The position numbers and the translations under genes are program-made. The notes below the pieces were generated by a model that searched no databases, was not told the DNA's origin, and saw only the letters and a program-made list of their open reading frames with translations. DNA of 63,333 nucleotides, the filler included, from Vannella sp. (Eukaryota): NCBI GenBank assembly GCA_023345925.1. It is 8 parts of 8 records of this genome, joined end to end, with 100 filler letters (N's around TTAATTAATTAA, not from the genome) between each part and the next. Parts side by side here need not be neighbours in the genome. Positions count along the whole stretch, not along the records: positions 18,002 to 23,508 come from JAJQQN010000572.1; positions 23,609 to 30,037 come from JAJQQN010000522.1; 6 more parts are not named here. One strand, written 5' to 3'. Positions 19,770-30,137 of this stretch are shown one piece after another. Within the stretch, counting starts at the first letter, position 1. Each line of letters begins with the position of its first letter.

Positions 19770-21854
19770 ATGAATGAGCTGTTGGCGGTTGGGGACGCGG
19801 ATCCTCTCTTTGGTGGGCACCAGAGCGCGACCGGCCAGCCACTATCTTGTTCAGAACATCGAGTGCTTGTTCGTGTGTTGAATGGGCTGCTCCAGGGGGA
19901 CGAGGACTTGAGTACGGTTGTTCCTCTTCCGGTGGGCGATCTTCCTGCCCTTCAGCAGGCTGTGAAGGATGGAGTGTTACTTTGCAAGCTGTTGGTGTGT
20001 TGGATTCCAGGCTCTGTGGACGAAGGGAAGATCTGCACCGTTACGAGGAACAAGACAGATATGCTCGCGAACCATTGCCTCGTGTTGGAGGCTACAGAGC
20101 GGCTCAACTGCCAAGCATCACGTGTTCTTACGAGTGAGAGTCTACTAGACCCTCCTTCTGATCTCCTGTTGGCCTTGGTTTGGCAGATTGTCCTTTGCGG
20201 TTTGCCTCCAAGGCTGGATTGCGCGATGGCGACCTTGCAAGTGACCCGAAAGGGTCCCAGAAGAGAAGATTCAAAGACTGTTATCCAGCTGCTGAACGTA
20301 GTACTGCAACGCTGCGCTCAGAAGCGAACGGTCCAAAATTTTACCTCCGATGTCTCCGATAGCGTGGCTTACGTACGCATTCTTCACTATCTGAAGCCAG
20401 AGCAGTGCACTTTGAAGCCTCTGGAAGAGCCTGGCTTGCTTGAAAGAGCAGAATTGCTGCTTCAATCAACAAGAGAACTTGGAATGTTGGACTTTATGGA
20501 AGCTGAGCTGATTGTGGCGGGGAACCAGAAGCTGAACTTCCTCTTTTCAGCTTTGTTGATCGTTCAGTGCAGTCCCTCTGCACCGCCATCGCCATTCACG
20601 TATCGTAGTCGGTCACGAATTGAGTTTGGAATGCAGTCGATGAGTATGCCTGGCGGACTCACCTTAGTGAGGAAAGAAGGGAGAAGTCTCGGTGAAGTCT
20701 TTCCCGATATTGCGCCTCTTTGTGAAGCGCTCCAGGAGATTAGTGACACACCGAAAGAGTTAACGGTCCAAGAGCTGAAGGACTGGCAGGATCGCCTGAG
20801 GGTCACTGAAAAGTCCTTACGAGAAAGGGAGTTTGCACTTAGTCAGCGAGAGAAGAAACTGAACTGCTCTGAGAGGAGACCGTTTACACCTTCTCCAAGT
20901 CGTTCCTACTCTGCCGACGAGGACAGCTTGGGAGAACAAACGTCTCCTTCCACTAGCAGTGGACTTCCATTGCCAAAGGTGATACAATCCGTAAGAACCA
21001 AGCGCTCTAACTCATCTCCTATGGTTCCTACGTCTCCTTCTCCGCAACGGAGAGCAAATGTGCCTCTTCGGATTGCTCTTGAAGACTTTTCAACAAGAGC
21101 GGCGTCATGTGAAGTTACTTCTGACGTCATTGAGAGAAACAGGGTGGATCCCTCAAAGCTGAGACCAAAGTGCAGCTCCCAGAACTATGTGATTCCTCCT
21201 CTTCTCAATTCTGCCACCGAACCAAACTCTCTACGACCCAAAAAGAAAAGGAAGAAGCGCACCGAACGAGAATTAACATCATCCAGCGGGGGGAAGAGGT
21301 CTAAAGGCCACCACCGCTCCAAGTCTGGTTCTGGAAGTACAATTATCGCTCGCCCTTCCGAAACCCCTGTTGAGCCTGATGCTCAGTACTTAGAAGAAAT
21401 TCGAGATATTGCCACTTTATCAAGACAACTGCAGCAGCAAAACCAGGTCCTGAAGGACCAAATAGTCCTTTTGCGTTCTATTTTCATTCCAGACTCAATT
21501 CAAAGTGAATCCAGTGACAGCTGGAAAGCCTCTCGCATGGACACAGAAGAGCTTCTACGAAGTGAATTATTGGACAAAGAAATAGCAGTGACAAGATGCT
21601 GGAAGCTTGTTGATGAGTGTGAACGAATGTCCAGAACTCTTCAAGGCACACGACATCACCTCTTCCAAGAGGTACTCCATCGCGAGGAAGCAAAACAAGA
21701 GATTTCGCGATACACAAGCAACATCATTCGACTTCGTGAGGAATTGAGCAACCTCCGAAAGAAATGTGCCGGACAAGAAGCAGTCATTGAACAGCTGGTT
21801 GGCCGCGAGATGAAGCGGAATAGCGGTCATTTTAACCTGAGAAACAAGCCATAA
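19770..21854 (+). CDS. Fimbrin/plastin-like tandem calponin-homology protein with disordered middle and coiled-coil tail
   Basis: AVKDGVLLCKLL...PGSVDE, LLLALVWQIV, VQNFTSDVSDSVAYVRIL, IVAGNQKLNFLF. Confidence 0.8.
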   Translation: MNELLAVGDADPLFGGHQSATGQPLSCSEHRVLVRVLNGLLQGDEDLSTVVPLPVGDLPALQQAVKDGVLLCKLLVCWIPGSVDEGKICTVTRNKTDMLANHCLVLEATERLNCQASRVLTSESLLDPPSDLLLALVWQIVLCGLPPRLDCAMATLQVTRKGPRREDSKTVIQLLNVVLQRCAQKRTVQNFTSDVSDSVAYVRILHYLKPEQCTLKPLEEPGLLERAELLLQSTRELGMLDFMEAELIVAGNQKLNFLFSALLIVQCSPSAPPSPFTYRSRSRIEFGMQSMSMPGGLTLVRKEGRSLGEVFPDIAPLCEALQEISDTPKELTVQELKDWQDRLRVTEKSLREREFALSQREKKLNCSERRPFTPSPSRSYSADEDSLGEQTSPSTSSGLPLPKVIQSVRTKRSNSSPMVPTSPSPQRRANVPLRIALEDFSTRAASCEVTSDVIERNRVDPSKLRPKCSSQNYVIPPLLNSATEPNSLRPKKKRKKRTERELTSSSGGKRSKGHHRSKSGSGSTIIARPSETPVEPDAQYLEEIRDIATLSRQLQQQNQVLKDQIVLLRSIFIPDSIQSESSDSWKASRMDTEELLRSELLDKEIAVTRCWKLVDECERMSRTLQGTRHHLFQEVLHREEAKQEISRYTSNIIRLREELSNLRKKCAGQEAVIEQLVGREMKRNSGHFNLRNKP

Positions 21855-21919
21855 TAAGGATTAGTCCCATCTCCCCAGGAACAGTCACAAGTCATTCATT
21901 CTCTTTCTGGCGGGTGCCG

Positions 21920-22442
21920 ATGGCGGGCTTGTTTGGGGTTCCCAGGGTGGGCGTGGGGGTTGTAGTGGTGCGTGATGGCCAGGTGCTGGTGGGAATGAGG
22001 AAGGGAAGTCATGGAGCAGGTAATGAGGGATGATGTAGGGGAGAAGGTCACTACGAGACGACGTCCCAGGCACATTTGCTCGGCCAGGAGGCCATTTGGA
22101 GTTTGGGGAGACTTTCTCGGCGTGCGCACGCCGAGAAGTTAAGGAAGAGACTGGAATGGACCTAGCACAAGTGACTTTCGGCACTGTTAGTGAGAATGTG
22201 ATGGAAGACATTGGCCGCCATTATGTTACCATCTTCATGGTCGCGCATACGGTATGTTATCCCTCTTTCATACATTACAAATCTCTAAGAGCGTGTGCTA
22301 GTCAAAGGATAGTGGAGATCCGAGGAACCTTGAGCCAGAGAAGTGTGAAGGATGGCAATGGTGTCAATGGGACGACATCCCAAGGCCACGCTTCCCAGCT
22401 TTGGATAGCGTTCTGTCCATTTGGAACCCCTTCTCTCACTGA
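21920..22442 (+). CDS. Nudix hydrolase, NUDT15/MTH2-like, 3 exons
   Basis: [15 protein letters not shown], Nudix box [40 protein letters not shown]. Confidence 0.92.
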
Positions 22443-22648
22443 ACACATGCTTAATCGATCCCATTCAGATCTTACACTCCTTTCTCAAACAAATTGTGAC
22501 GACCACAGAAGTCTCATTTTCTGTCCGGTCCCAAGAGCTCTCAATTTGTGTCTCAGACAGTATGAAGGCCATCTTTTAGGCATCAAAAAGGTGAAAGAAT
22601 GGCCTTCGGAAGGGTGTTTATGCTCAAACAAGATCTTGGCAAAACGCG

Positions 22649-23272
22649 TTACTTGAGAAAGAGTTGGCGAGGGTCCAGTTGGAATGCACAGCAGATCTCC
22701 AGCATCTGCTGAATATCCGAAGAGGTCACTCCACGAGCAATGTAACTGATACTATCCTTCGAGGAGGAACCCCAGAAGTTACTCTTCGAATGATTGGTGA
22801 TAACCAAGTCCGGCATCAAAGAGAAGTCAACAGAATACCAATTCATCCACCAAGAGCGCATGGTGGGCTTGTCCTGAGGAGTGAAAAAGCCCAAATCAGC
22901 CACACAGCATTTGCCAGATCCATTCCTGAAGAGGATTGTTTGGTGTTGGCAGTCCGCATCCGATCCTTCCAGACTAGCGAGCTGCGAAAGGTCCTTCACT
23001 GAGGTTTGGATTTCAAATTGGAAGGAACCCGGGGCTGCTGAAGGGGAGGGAAAGTGGCGGTTGATTCTGTCCACCCAAATCTGACCGACTTCAGCCATTC
23101 TGTGGGATGGATTGGTACCTTTCATGTTTGCATTGGCTATTTCGAGGTAGCTAAAGCCTCTGCCAGGGGTGATGCTGACTACTCCGGACTTTCTCTCCGT
23201 GCGAATGATCTCTTTGAGCTTCTCTGCATGGCCAAGAATCTTTCCCACGGAGTCACTTGCAAGCAATTCCAT
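22649..23272 (-). CDS. Hypothetical protein (~207 aa)
   Basis: Long intronless ORF in an otherwise unexplained slot; no recognised motif. Confidence 0.55.
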   Translation of the reverse strand: MELLASDSVGKILGHAEKLKEIIRTERKSGVVSITPGRGFSYLEIANANMKGTNPSHRMAEVGQIWVDRINRHFPSPSAAPGSFQFEIQTSVKDLSQLASLEGSDADCQHQTILFRNGSGKCCVADLGFFTPQDKPTMRSWWMNWYSVDFSLMPDLVITNHSKSNFWGSSSKDSISYIARGVTSSDIQQMLEICCAFQLDPRQLFLK

Positions 23273-23451
23273 GAGGGCTACCAGAAAGTGAGTTCCTCTC
23301 CCCTTCCGAAGGTTTGCTCCCCGCTGCACCCTGATTCGACCAATCAAATTGATCGTTCAGATCTCCCTAATCCAATCAGATTGTCCTTTTCTCCATGTAA
23401 CAATTCAACACAACATAAACAATTATTCCTGATCGGCAATTCCCCGCTGGG

Positions 23452-23498
23452 GAAATGTCCGGAGGAGAGGTGAAATGTCCGGAAGAGAGGGGAAATGC
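23452..23498. repeat. 20-nt tandem repeat, about 2.3 copies (GAAATGTCCGGA[G/A]GAGAGG[T/G])
   Basis: Directly visible next to the contig end. Confidence 0.8.
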
Positions 23499-23508
23499 GT
23501 GACCCCTC

Positions 23509-23608
23509 NNNNNNNNNNNNNNNNNNNNNNNNNNNNNNNNNNNNNNNNNNNNTTAATTAATTAANNNNNNNNNNNNNNNNNNNNNNNNNNNNNNNNNNNN
23601 NNNNNNNN
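23509..23608. other. Artificial contig linker
   Basis: N44-TTAATTAATTAA-N44. Confidence 0.98.
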
Positions 23609-24401
23609 TCAGTTGTGCCACAATCTTGCCGAGATTGTCTTCTCCTACTGCTTTGTATATCGCCTGTTTGTTGGAATGTGGGAAGAAGATGGCCAGGCGG
23701 AGGTGATTGAGAGTCTACTGCGACTAAGTCGCGTTCTTAGTCCCACAATTTCGTCCAAAGCTCCTTTTCAAGCGTTTCCTTCTTTGAAGAACGCATTCCG
23801 ATCTGCGTTGGAGCTCTCTACTCTTGTAAGTATGGCACTTGTTGGCTTTATTGAAACTAATGCTCTTGGTAAGCCTCCTTTCTCGAATAGAAAGGAATAT
23901 GCGGTAAAAGTCATTGCTGATGTTGTCTCCGTCATGGCCTATCAGCATCGCACGCTTCTAGTGCTCTCTCATCTATATGAGTATTTTGGTAGAGCAATGG
24001 AAGGCCAAACAGAGAATGGAACAGCCTGGAAGCGGCTGGGGAAGATCAAAAACAAAGTGTTCTTTTACCTTTCTTGGTGCCAGAGCCAGGATTCAGCCTG
24101 GTTCCAACCCTTCTCTAAAGAGATTGAAGGCCTCCATCGCTACTTTACTCTTCTTCACATGGATACGGACCAACTCCACCCTTACGGGGCATCCTCAATA
24201 GTGTCCCTTTCCTCTCTCCCTCGTCAAAACGCAACTCCAATCATTCAGAAGAGAACAGGAGACAAAGAACCGATACTGGAGATCACCAGTAATCCCACAA
24301 CAACCAGCATCTTTGAGATCTCCCCCAAGCCAGCCAGTAGCAAGCAGTCACCACTACAAACGCACCGAATTCCGGCAAAGCCGGTAATCGAAGAAATCTG
24401 A
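23609..24401 (+). CDS. ZNHIT2-like protein, C-terminal part (5'-truncated)
   Basis: HNLAEIVFSYCFVYRLFVG and KNKVFFYLSW resemble conserved ZNHIT2 blocks; the HIT finger is not in the window. Confidence 0.6.
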
Positions 24402-24440
24402 TACAATCGGTCCTTACTCTCACCTAAGCTTAATCTCTCT

Positions 24441-25206
24441 TTAGAAGGCGGATCCTGTTGAGCTAGGATCCTGATTGTGAGACTCCAAAGGTAAAGGAGG
24501 TTGCGCTGTTTCGAGCAAAGCCGTTTCTTGATCGCCAGGCATAGGCACCTGATCAGAGTCTTCCACGATTATCGAAGAAGAGCTCATTTCTGCTATGCCC
24601 CACTCCAGAGGGGTCGCCTTGACCGAACTCAAGAAGTATACTTTTTGGCCTCCTAGCTTTTGGTAGTCCTCCTGCAGCATTAAGGCTCTTGCGAAGAGCT
24701 CTTCATGTTGCTGACGCATCTTGTTGATCAAATCCACGGTCTTGTCTAACAGAGTGGCCTGCGTGTCGGTGTTGGAGTGAGGCACAACGGCTCTAAGTTC
24801 TGAGAACTTGTTCTTGATGCCATCTCGACGCTTCTGCTCGATCTTCTTGTGTCTCTTCTTCTTCATTTTCTCCTCCAGGTTGGGTTGGCTGCCTTCCCTC
24901 CTTCTCTTTGCCGTTAGTCAAAGCCAGGAATAAGTTCAACTCTCCACTCACTCGCGCTTGATCCCCACACTCACTTCTGGAGGCGCTACCAACTCTTCTC
25001 CCATCTGTGATTCATCTATAACACCCATCAGAGCCACTCCGCGCCATACAGGATCCTTACCAATCGAGTAACCTTCGGCAACATGAAAAGGACTGTCCCA
25101 GTTACTTCCGCTCTTCCACTAACCCTCCCAACCTACAGGAAAAGACCCTGCGGACCAGATATCAACGGCTCATGAGCTCTTCTTTCACCCCCCAATCGTT
25201 CATCAT
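24441..25206 (-). CDS. bHLH(-ZIP) transcription factor, 5 exons including an 11-nt microexon
   Basis: KKRHKKIEQKRRDGIKNKFSELRAVVP...QATLLDKTVDLI; upstream small exons splice in frame from the ATG at 25206. Confidence 0.85.
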
Positions 25207-25219
25207 TCCCCTCGCCCAT

Positions 25220-25256
25220 CGAGCACGTGACCGTCCCAAAAGTGGTCACGTGCTCG
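25220..25256. promoter_or_regulatory. Perfect 13-bp inverted repeat carrying two CACGTG E-boxes
   Basis: CGAGCACGTGACC (25220-25232), 11-nt spacer, GGTCACGTGCTCG (25244-25256), in the divergent promoter between the bHLH and RING genes. Confidence 0.7.
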
Positions 25257-25324
25257 GGTTCAATTATTCCTCGTTTTCATCTTTTGACATTTACTATCCG
25301 ACTCCATTTTTTAAGGGCTTTTTA

Positions 25325-26405
25325 ATGCACGCTGTGGGTGATGCGGGACCCGAGGTGCGGAGAGATCGACCGAGGAGTACGTTCACACAGGAGGAGTCTG
25401 GTATGTTACAGTTTGTGCGTTATACGAGGTTCTCGAGTGTGTTCTGGCTGGCGTACACAATCCCTGCGACGGTCGTCCTAAGCTTGGCGATTGCTGTGGA
25501 CCATGAAGCTCCTTACTCCTGTGATCGCTATCTCCGTGCTTGGGCTTGCGCACAATGTGGGCTACAGGTAGTTTGTGTGATTTGCAAGCTCCTGACCCTC
25601 CTCATCACTCTCCGCCTTCCGTTCAGCCCTGAGCCAGAAGAAATTGAGTGGGAACTTCTCTACTTCCTCTCAGAAGAGGGCCACTAACACCTCATTAGAG
25701 AGTTTAAGACCAAACGCTCCTTCCTCTTCCTTTCGTGGTGCAACCGCGTCCTCTACTTTCTGTGGATTGCATTCTTCTGTGCCGGAATGGTTTGGATCCT
25801 CGAAGCCATCTTCAGCCATCAAGACTGCGTTAGTACACTTCTGGGAGGGTGGAAAGTGTGACTAAGTCTCTTTCCAGCATAGAGGAGCACTGTTTGATGT
25901 GATATTAGCTCTCACAGTGCTTCAACTTCTCTATTTGTTGATGATGACTTGCATCTTCGGCTTCTCTCTCTTCGTTCTGTGTATACGCATCATCTTCCTT
26001 CTGGTGAGGCTATCTAGAGAACATGAGAATGGCTTTATGGGGCTGGTACAACCAACTGGTGCCCCTCCCGACATGATTGAGGAGTGTACCTCCGTTCGGG
26101 TCTTTGTTCCCGGCAGTATGGAAGAGGATAACGCTCTGTAAGTATCCCTGTGTCTCTGATCATCTTCTATGTTAACGTTGACAAGCTGTGCGATCTGTCT
26201 GGACGAGTATGAGGAGGGAATGCAGGTCCGTTATCTGCCCTGCACGGATCTTCATCATTTCCACGTCGATTGTGTTGATCAGTGGTTGGAGAAGCGTAAG
26301 TGCTGTCCGCTCTGCAAGAAGAACATCGATGCCGCCCTCGAAGGAGGAAAGGAAACCCCCGAGGGACCCGCAGAGGAGTCTCAAGAGCTTGAGACGCTAG
26401 TATAG
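25325..26405 (+). CDS. Multi-pass membrane RING-H2 E3 ubiquitin ligase (spliced)
   Basis: Several TM segments followed by CAICLDEY...LPC..HHFHVDCVDQWL....CPLCK. Confidence 0.9.
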
Positions 26406-26480
26406 TGGACTGACACTCATGCTCAATGGAACATAAAGGTTTATGAAGATACTGAATCCTTCAGAAGTGTGAAAGAGTGC

Positions 26481-27211
26481 TTAATCAGTCTTCTTATGCT
26501 CAAACTTGTCGACCTTGACCTCTCCATTGACCAACTCGTACGTATAGACAATGGCGTGGTTTCCTTGCACATCCATCAGCACGAAGCTTGGTGTGACATC
26601 ACTAAATGAGGCCTGCTTGTCAGTTTTGGTGCTGTGTGCGAAGAGGAGGGGGGAGCGGACCTGGTGAAGCCACTGTAGGAGCCTGTCGCTGATCCAGGGT
26701 TGATGAAGAACTTGCCGTTATCTTCAAAGGTCTCATACTTGTGTGTATGCCCAGAAACGAGGATATCCACGTCCAAATCGCGCTGTAACATCACCAAACT
26801 CTGGTGGTCGCCCCAAGGGACGATCTGGTGTCCATGGATGAGCCCAATCTTGAACTGGCCCACTTCAACAGTCTTTGTCTCGGGATAAGGAGCCTACGCA
26901 AAGCGAACAAGGTCAGAAATAGCACCGCATCAGACTCGGGCGGGTTACCGAGTCAAAGTCCCCCTTCGCCACGTGAACATCGCTGGCCAAAGTCTTAAGG
27001 TACTCATAAGTCTCCTTGGAGCAAAGGTTCCCAGTACAAAGGATCTTCTGAATCTTCCCAGGGACCTACAAGAGCGCCAAACGCCTGTCAACCACCATAC
27101 GCCAGCCACCCCTCCTCCCCCACTCACCAGCAACTTCTTAAACTTCTCAGGAAGCTCGTGAGCACGGAAAGGGATGTGGAGATCACCCAGAATCAGAACA
27201 AGCTGCCCCAT
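26481..27211 (-). CDS. VPS29: Retromer subunit VPS29, 4 exons
   Basis: [62 protein letters not shown]. Confidence 0.97.
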
Positions 27212-27315
27212 CGTCAACAACCTCGCCCCACCATCCCAAGGCTCCTCACCATCCTCGACCCGCTAAAAGAATGACACCATATAAATCAATAAAAAAGCCA
27301 TTTCTTGTTGCCAGG

Positions 27316-27667
27316 ATGCAAGGTCTGAGGTCTTCTTTGGGGCGAATCGGGCGCTCGTTCTCTACTCGTGAGTTGGCTAGTTTGGATGGTTTGGGTGGTT
27401 TTGGAAGGCTAATGTTGGGAATCAGAGAGCTCTGCGAATCGCACAGCAGCACAGAAGGTTCCGTTTGCTCGCGGAGCAAAGCGTTCCCCAGAGGAGCACT
27501 CGAAGGTCCAACGTGCCCAGCTTCTGATGGTCGCCGCTGCCTTAGCATTCATGGGTGTATCTATCCGAGCCTACTCTGACCCTTGGGGAATCACTCGCTT
27601 CGAGGGCAAGCTGATCAACTACCGTCCCGAACGCTACGTCAAGCCACGCGAGAACTTTACCGTTTAA
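27316..27667 (+). CDS. Small single-TM protein with probable mitochondrial presequence, 2 exons (~98 aa)
   Basis: MQGLRSSLGRIGRSFST, intron 27368-27425, then ...QLLMVAAALAFMGVSIRAY...ENFTV*. Confidence 0.65.
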
Positions 27668-27751
27668 TACCATCAAATCAAATACACACACAACCTGTTG
27701 GTACATTACTGAAGGCTGCCACGTGGCCTTTCCTTGTTGCTCCACGGGACG

Positions 27752-29782
27752 ATGAGTGGCCTGTCGGACGTGGAGCGTGATCGCTTGCTGGAGGCAGGAC
27801 GACGGGTATGTGTTGGTTGGAGAAGGAGTGGTTCTTTGGAGTTCTTGCTGACTGAGCGGGGGTAGTTGTTGAGTGAACGTCGGAAGGGGACTTTGAAGAA
27901 CGACTCAACCATGTCGATGCCCTCTGTGTCTAGCTTTGGAGCCCAGGGAAATGGAACTATCAGTGTTCCTTCTTCTCCATTACCACGGAGTGACGAGTAT
28001 CCTCTCCCAAACTATTCGTACTCGGCTAGAGCGCCTTCGTCCTCTATTGACCGGGACTCTCTGCTAACAGACTCTCCTTATGTGCCACCAAATCGCCCAG
28101 CAGCACTTATCCCGATCAGTTTGGATCAGTCTCCGCGGGACCAAAGTTTGCAGAAGCGCGTGAGCGAGCTGACTGTAGAACGCTCAGAGATCTCTGCGAG
28201 ACTCTTCAAACAAGAGAAGACTAATGAGGAGCTTGTAGCACAGAACGGTTTGCTGAGACAGCGTGTCTCCTCATTTGAAGCAGCACTTGGCAACGCCCAA
28301 CTCATGCAAGAGCGCGTGGAGAGTTTGGAAGCGCAGAATCAAGGTTTAAAGGAGGCTATGGAAGACCTTCAACGACAACAACAGCAAGAACGGTCCAAGT
28401 GGGAGTCTACTCAGTCGTCCATGAGCCAGACCGCTGGCTCCCTTTCCCAAGCAGAAGAGGAGAAAGCTCAGCTGCAAGCTAAGCTTATGGAGAACCTCCA
28501 AACCTTCCAAGAGGTAAGAAATCAACTGTTTGGGGACTCAGCAATGTTCACACTCGCACAGACTCTGGATGAGCGTCTGGCATCCGAGCAGAGGCTTCAG
28601 GAGTTGCTGGATGCCAAAACAAAGGAGGCAGAGTCCTTGCAGAGTTCATCGCAAACGCTCAAAGCAGAGCTGAAAGACTTGAGCCAGAAGCTGGGAGACT
28701 ATTCTCGGACTCTCGCAGAGAAGGAGCAACAGCTCTCAATCCTCTACAAAGAGGGAGAAAACCGGCAGCGTGACAATCAAATCAACCGAGATTTTCTTAA
28801 CCAGAAGAACGAGCTGATTCAAAAGCTCCAGGCTCAAGTGGCCTCTCTTTCAACAGAGAGGCAGACCGTAGAAGGCCGCTACATCGCGCAGCGAGAAGAA
28901 ACAGAGAAGTTGAAGATTGGACTGAGGCAACTCCAAAGTTTACTTCAACAAAAAGAACAGGAGCTTGCTCGCAGTGAGGAGAACTATTCTCGGCTTCTCA
29001 ACGAAAAGTCCATTCCATCAAGCGGGGCGTCGCCAAACTCAATGCAAGAAATGATTGAAAGCAAGGTTGAGACGATGAACCGACTCCAAACAAGAATCGA
29101 GCAGCTTTCAGATGAAAATCAGCAGCTTCGGTCAACAGTGGATCAGTATCAAGAGCTTCTCGGAAACATGCAAACCACTACCGAGGATATTTCCACCACC
29201 TACGAGGAGACCATCACCCATCTTCGCGCCAAACATGACGAAGATATGAGACGTTTACTGCTGACTAACAACCAACTTCAGAGCCAAATCCGAGCCTCTG
29301 ACAGCAAACGAGAAGAGTCAGAGAGAGAGGACTATTTGAATCACCGATTTGCATACGAAGTGGGCCTCTTAGAGCAAATGCGTGCAGAGCACCGTAATTA
29401 CAAGCCCAGCCCGACCGAGAGTATCGAAGAGATTCAGGAGAAGAAAATCCACCAACTGTTGGAAGAGGTGAACTTGATGGAACGTTTAGTGGAGAAAGTT
29501 GAGGTAATTGATCGTGTTAATGCTCTTGAGAGGGTTCCTCGGCTGGAAAGCGAGCTCTTAAGACTAAAGGAGCAGCTGGCCTTCACTAGGCGTGAGAGAC
29601 AATCGCTTCTTGACGCCATTGAAACAGGAGATTTGTCTGGTTTCGTTCTCCTTCAGCAATCCGCTACAGAGGACCACGTTGAGGAGGCCATACCAATCAA
29701 AGAGCCAATCGAAACATCCAGCACCGAGGTTGAACCCCAAATCCCAGCCGAAGTCCCCAAAAAACGAGGGTGGTTTTGGTGA
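27752..29782 (+). CDS. Long coiled-coil (golgin-like) protein, 2 exons
   Basis: Exon 1 MSGLSDVERDRLLEAGRR splices to LLSERRK; extensive heptads; ends in KKRGWFW. Confidence 0.8.
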
Positions 29783-29795
29783 GAAGACATAAAAA

Positions 29796-29867
29796 CGCTC
29801 ACGATGGGACTCGAACCCACAACCCCTTGCTTAGGAGGCAAGTGCTCTTCCATTGAGCCACGCAAGC
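29796..29867 (-). tRNA. tRNA-Arg (anticodon CCT)
   Basis: GCTTGCG/CGTGAGC acceptor stem, TGGCTCAATGG A-box, CTTGC-CTCCTAA-GCAAG anticodon arm, GGTTCGAGTCC B-box; no encoded CCA; followed by a TTTTT Pol III terminator. Confidence 0.96.
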
Positions 29868-30037
29868 GCGCAAATTTGCGCAATAATTTCGTGTTCTAAG
29901 ATTATAAAATTGTGTTCATGGGAACCATTTTTATTTCTCGCCCGTTTCTTGATTTTTTTCCTTTTTATTTTTGTTCAATGAGATGATGAGGTTGGCATTG
30001 CTCTCCAGTTCCTGTGCAGTCCATTATGACCTGATAT

Positions 30038-30137
30038 NNNNNNNNNNNNNNNNNNNNNNNNNNNNNNNNNNNNNNNNNNNNTTAATTAATTAANNNNNNN
30101 NNNNNNNNNNNNNNNNNNNNNNNNNNNNNNNNNNNNN
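30038..30137. other. Artificial contig linker
   Basis: N44-TTAATTAATTAA-N44. Confidence 0.98.
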
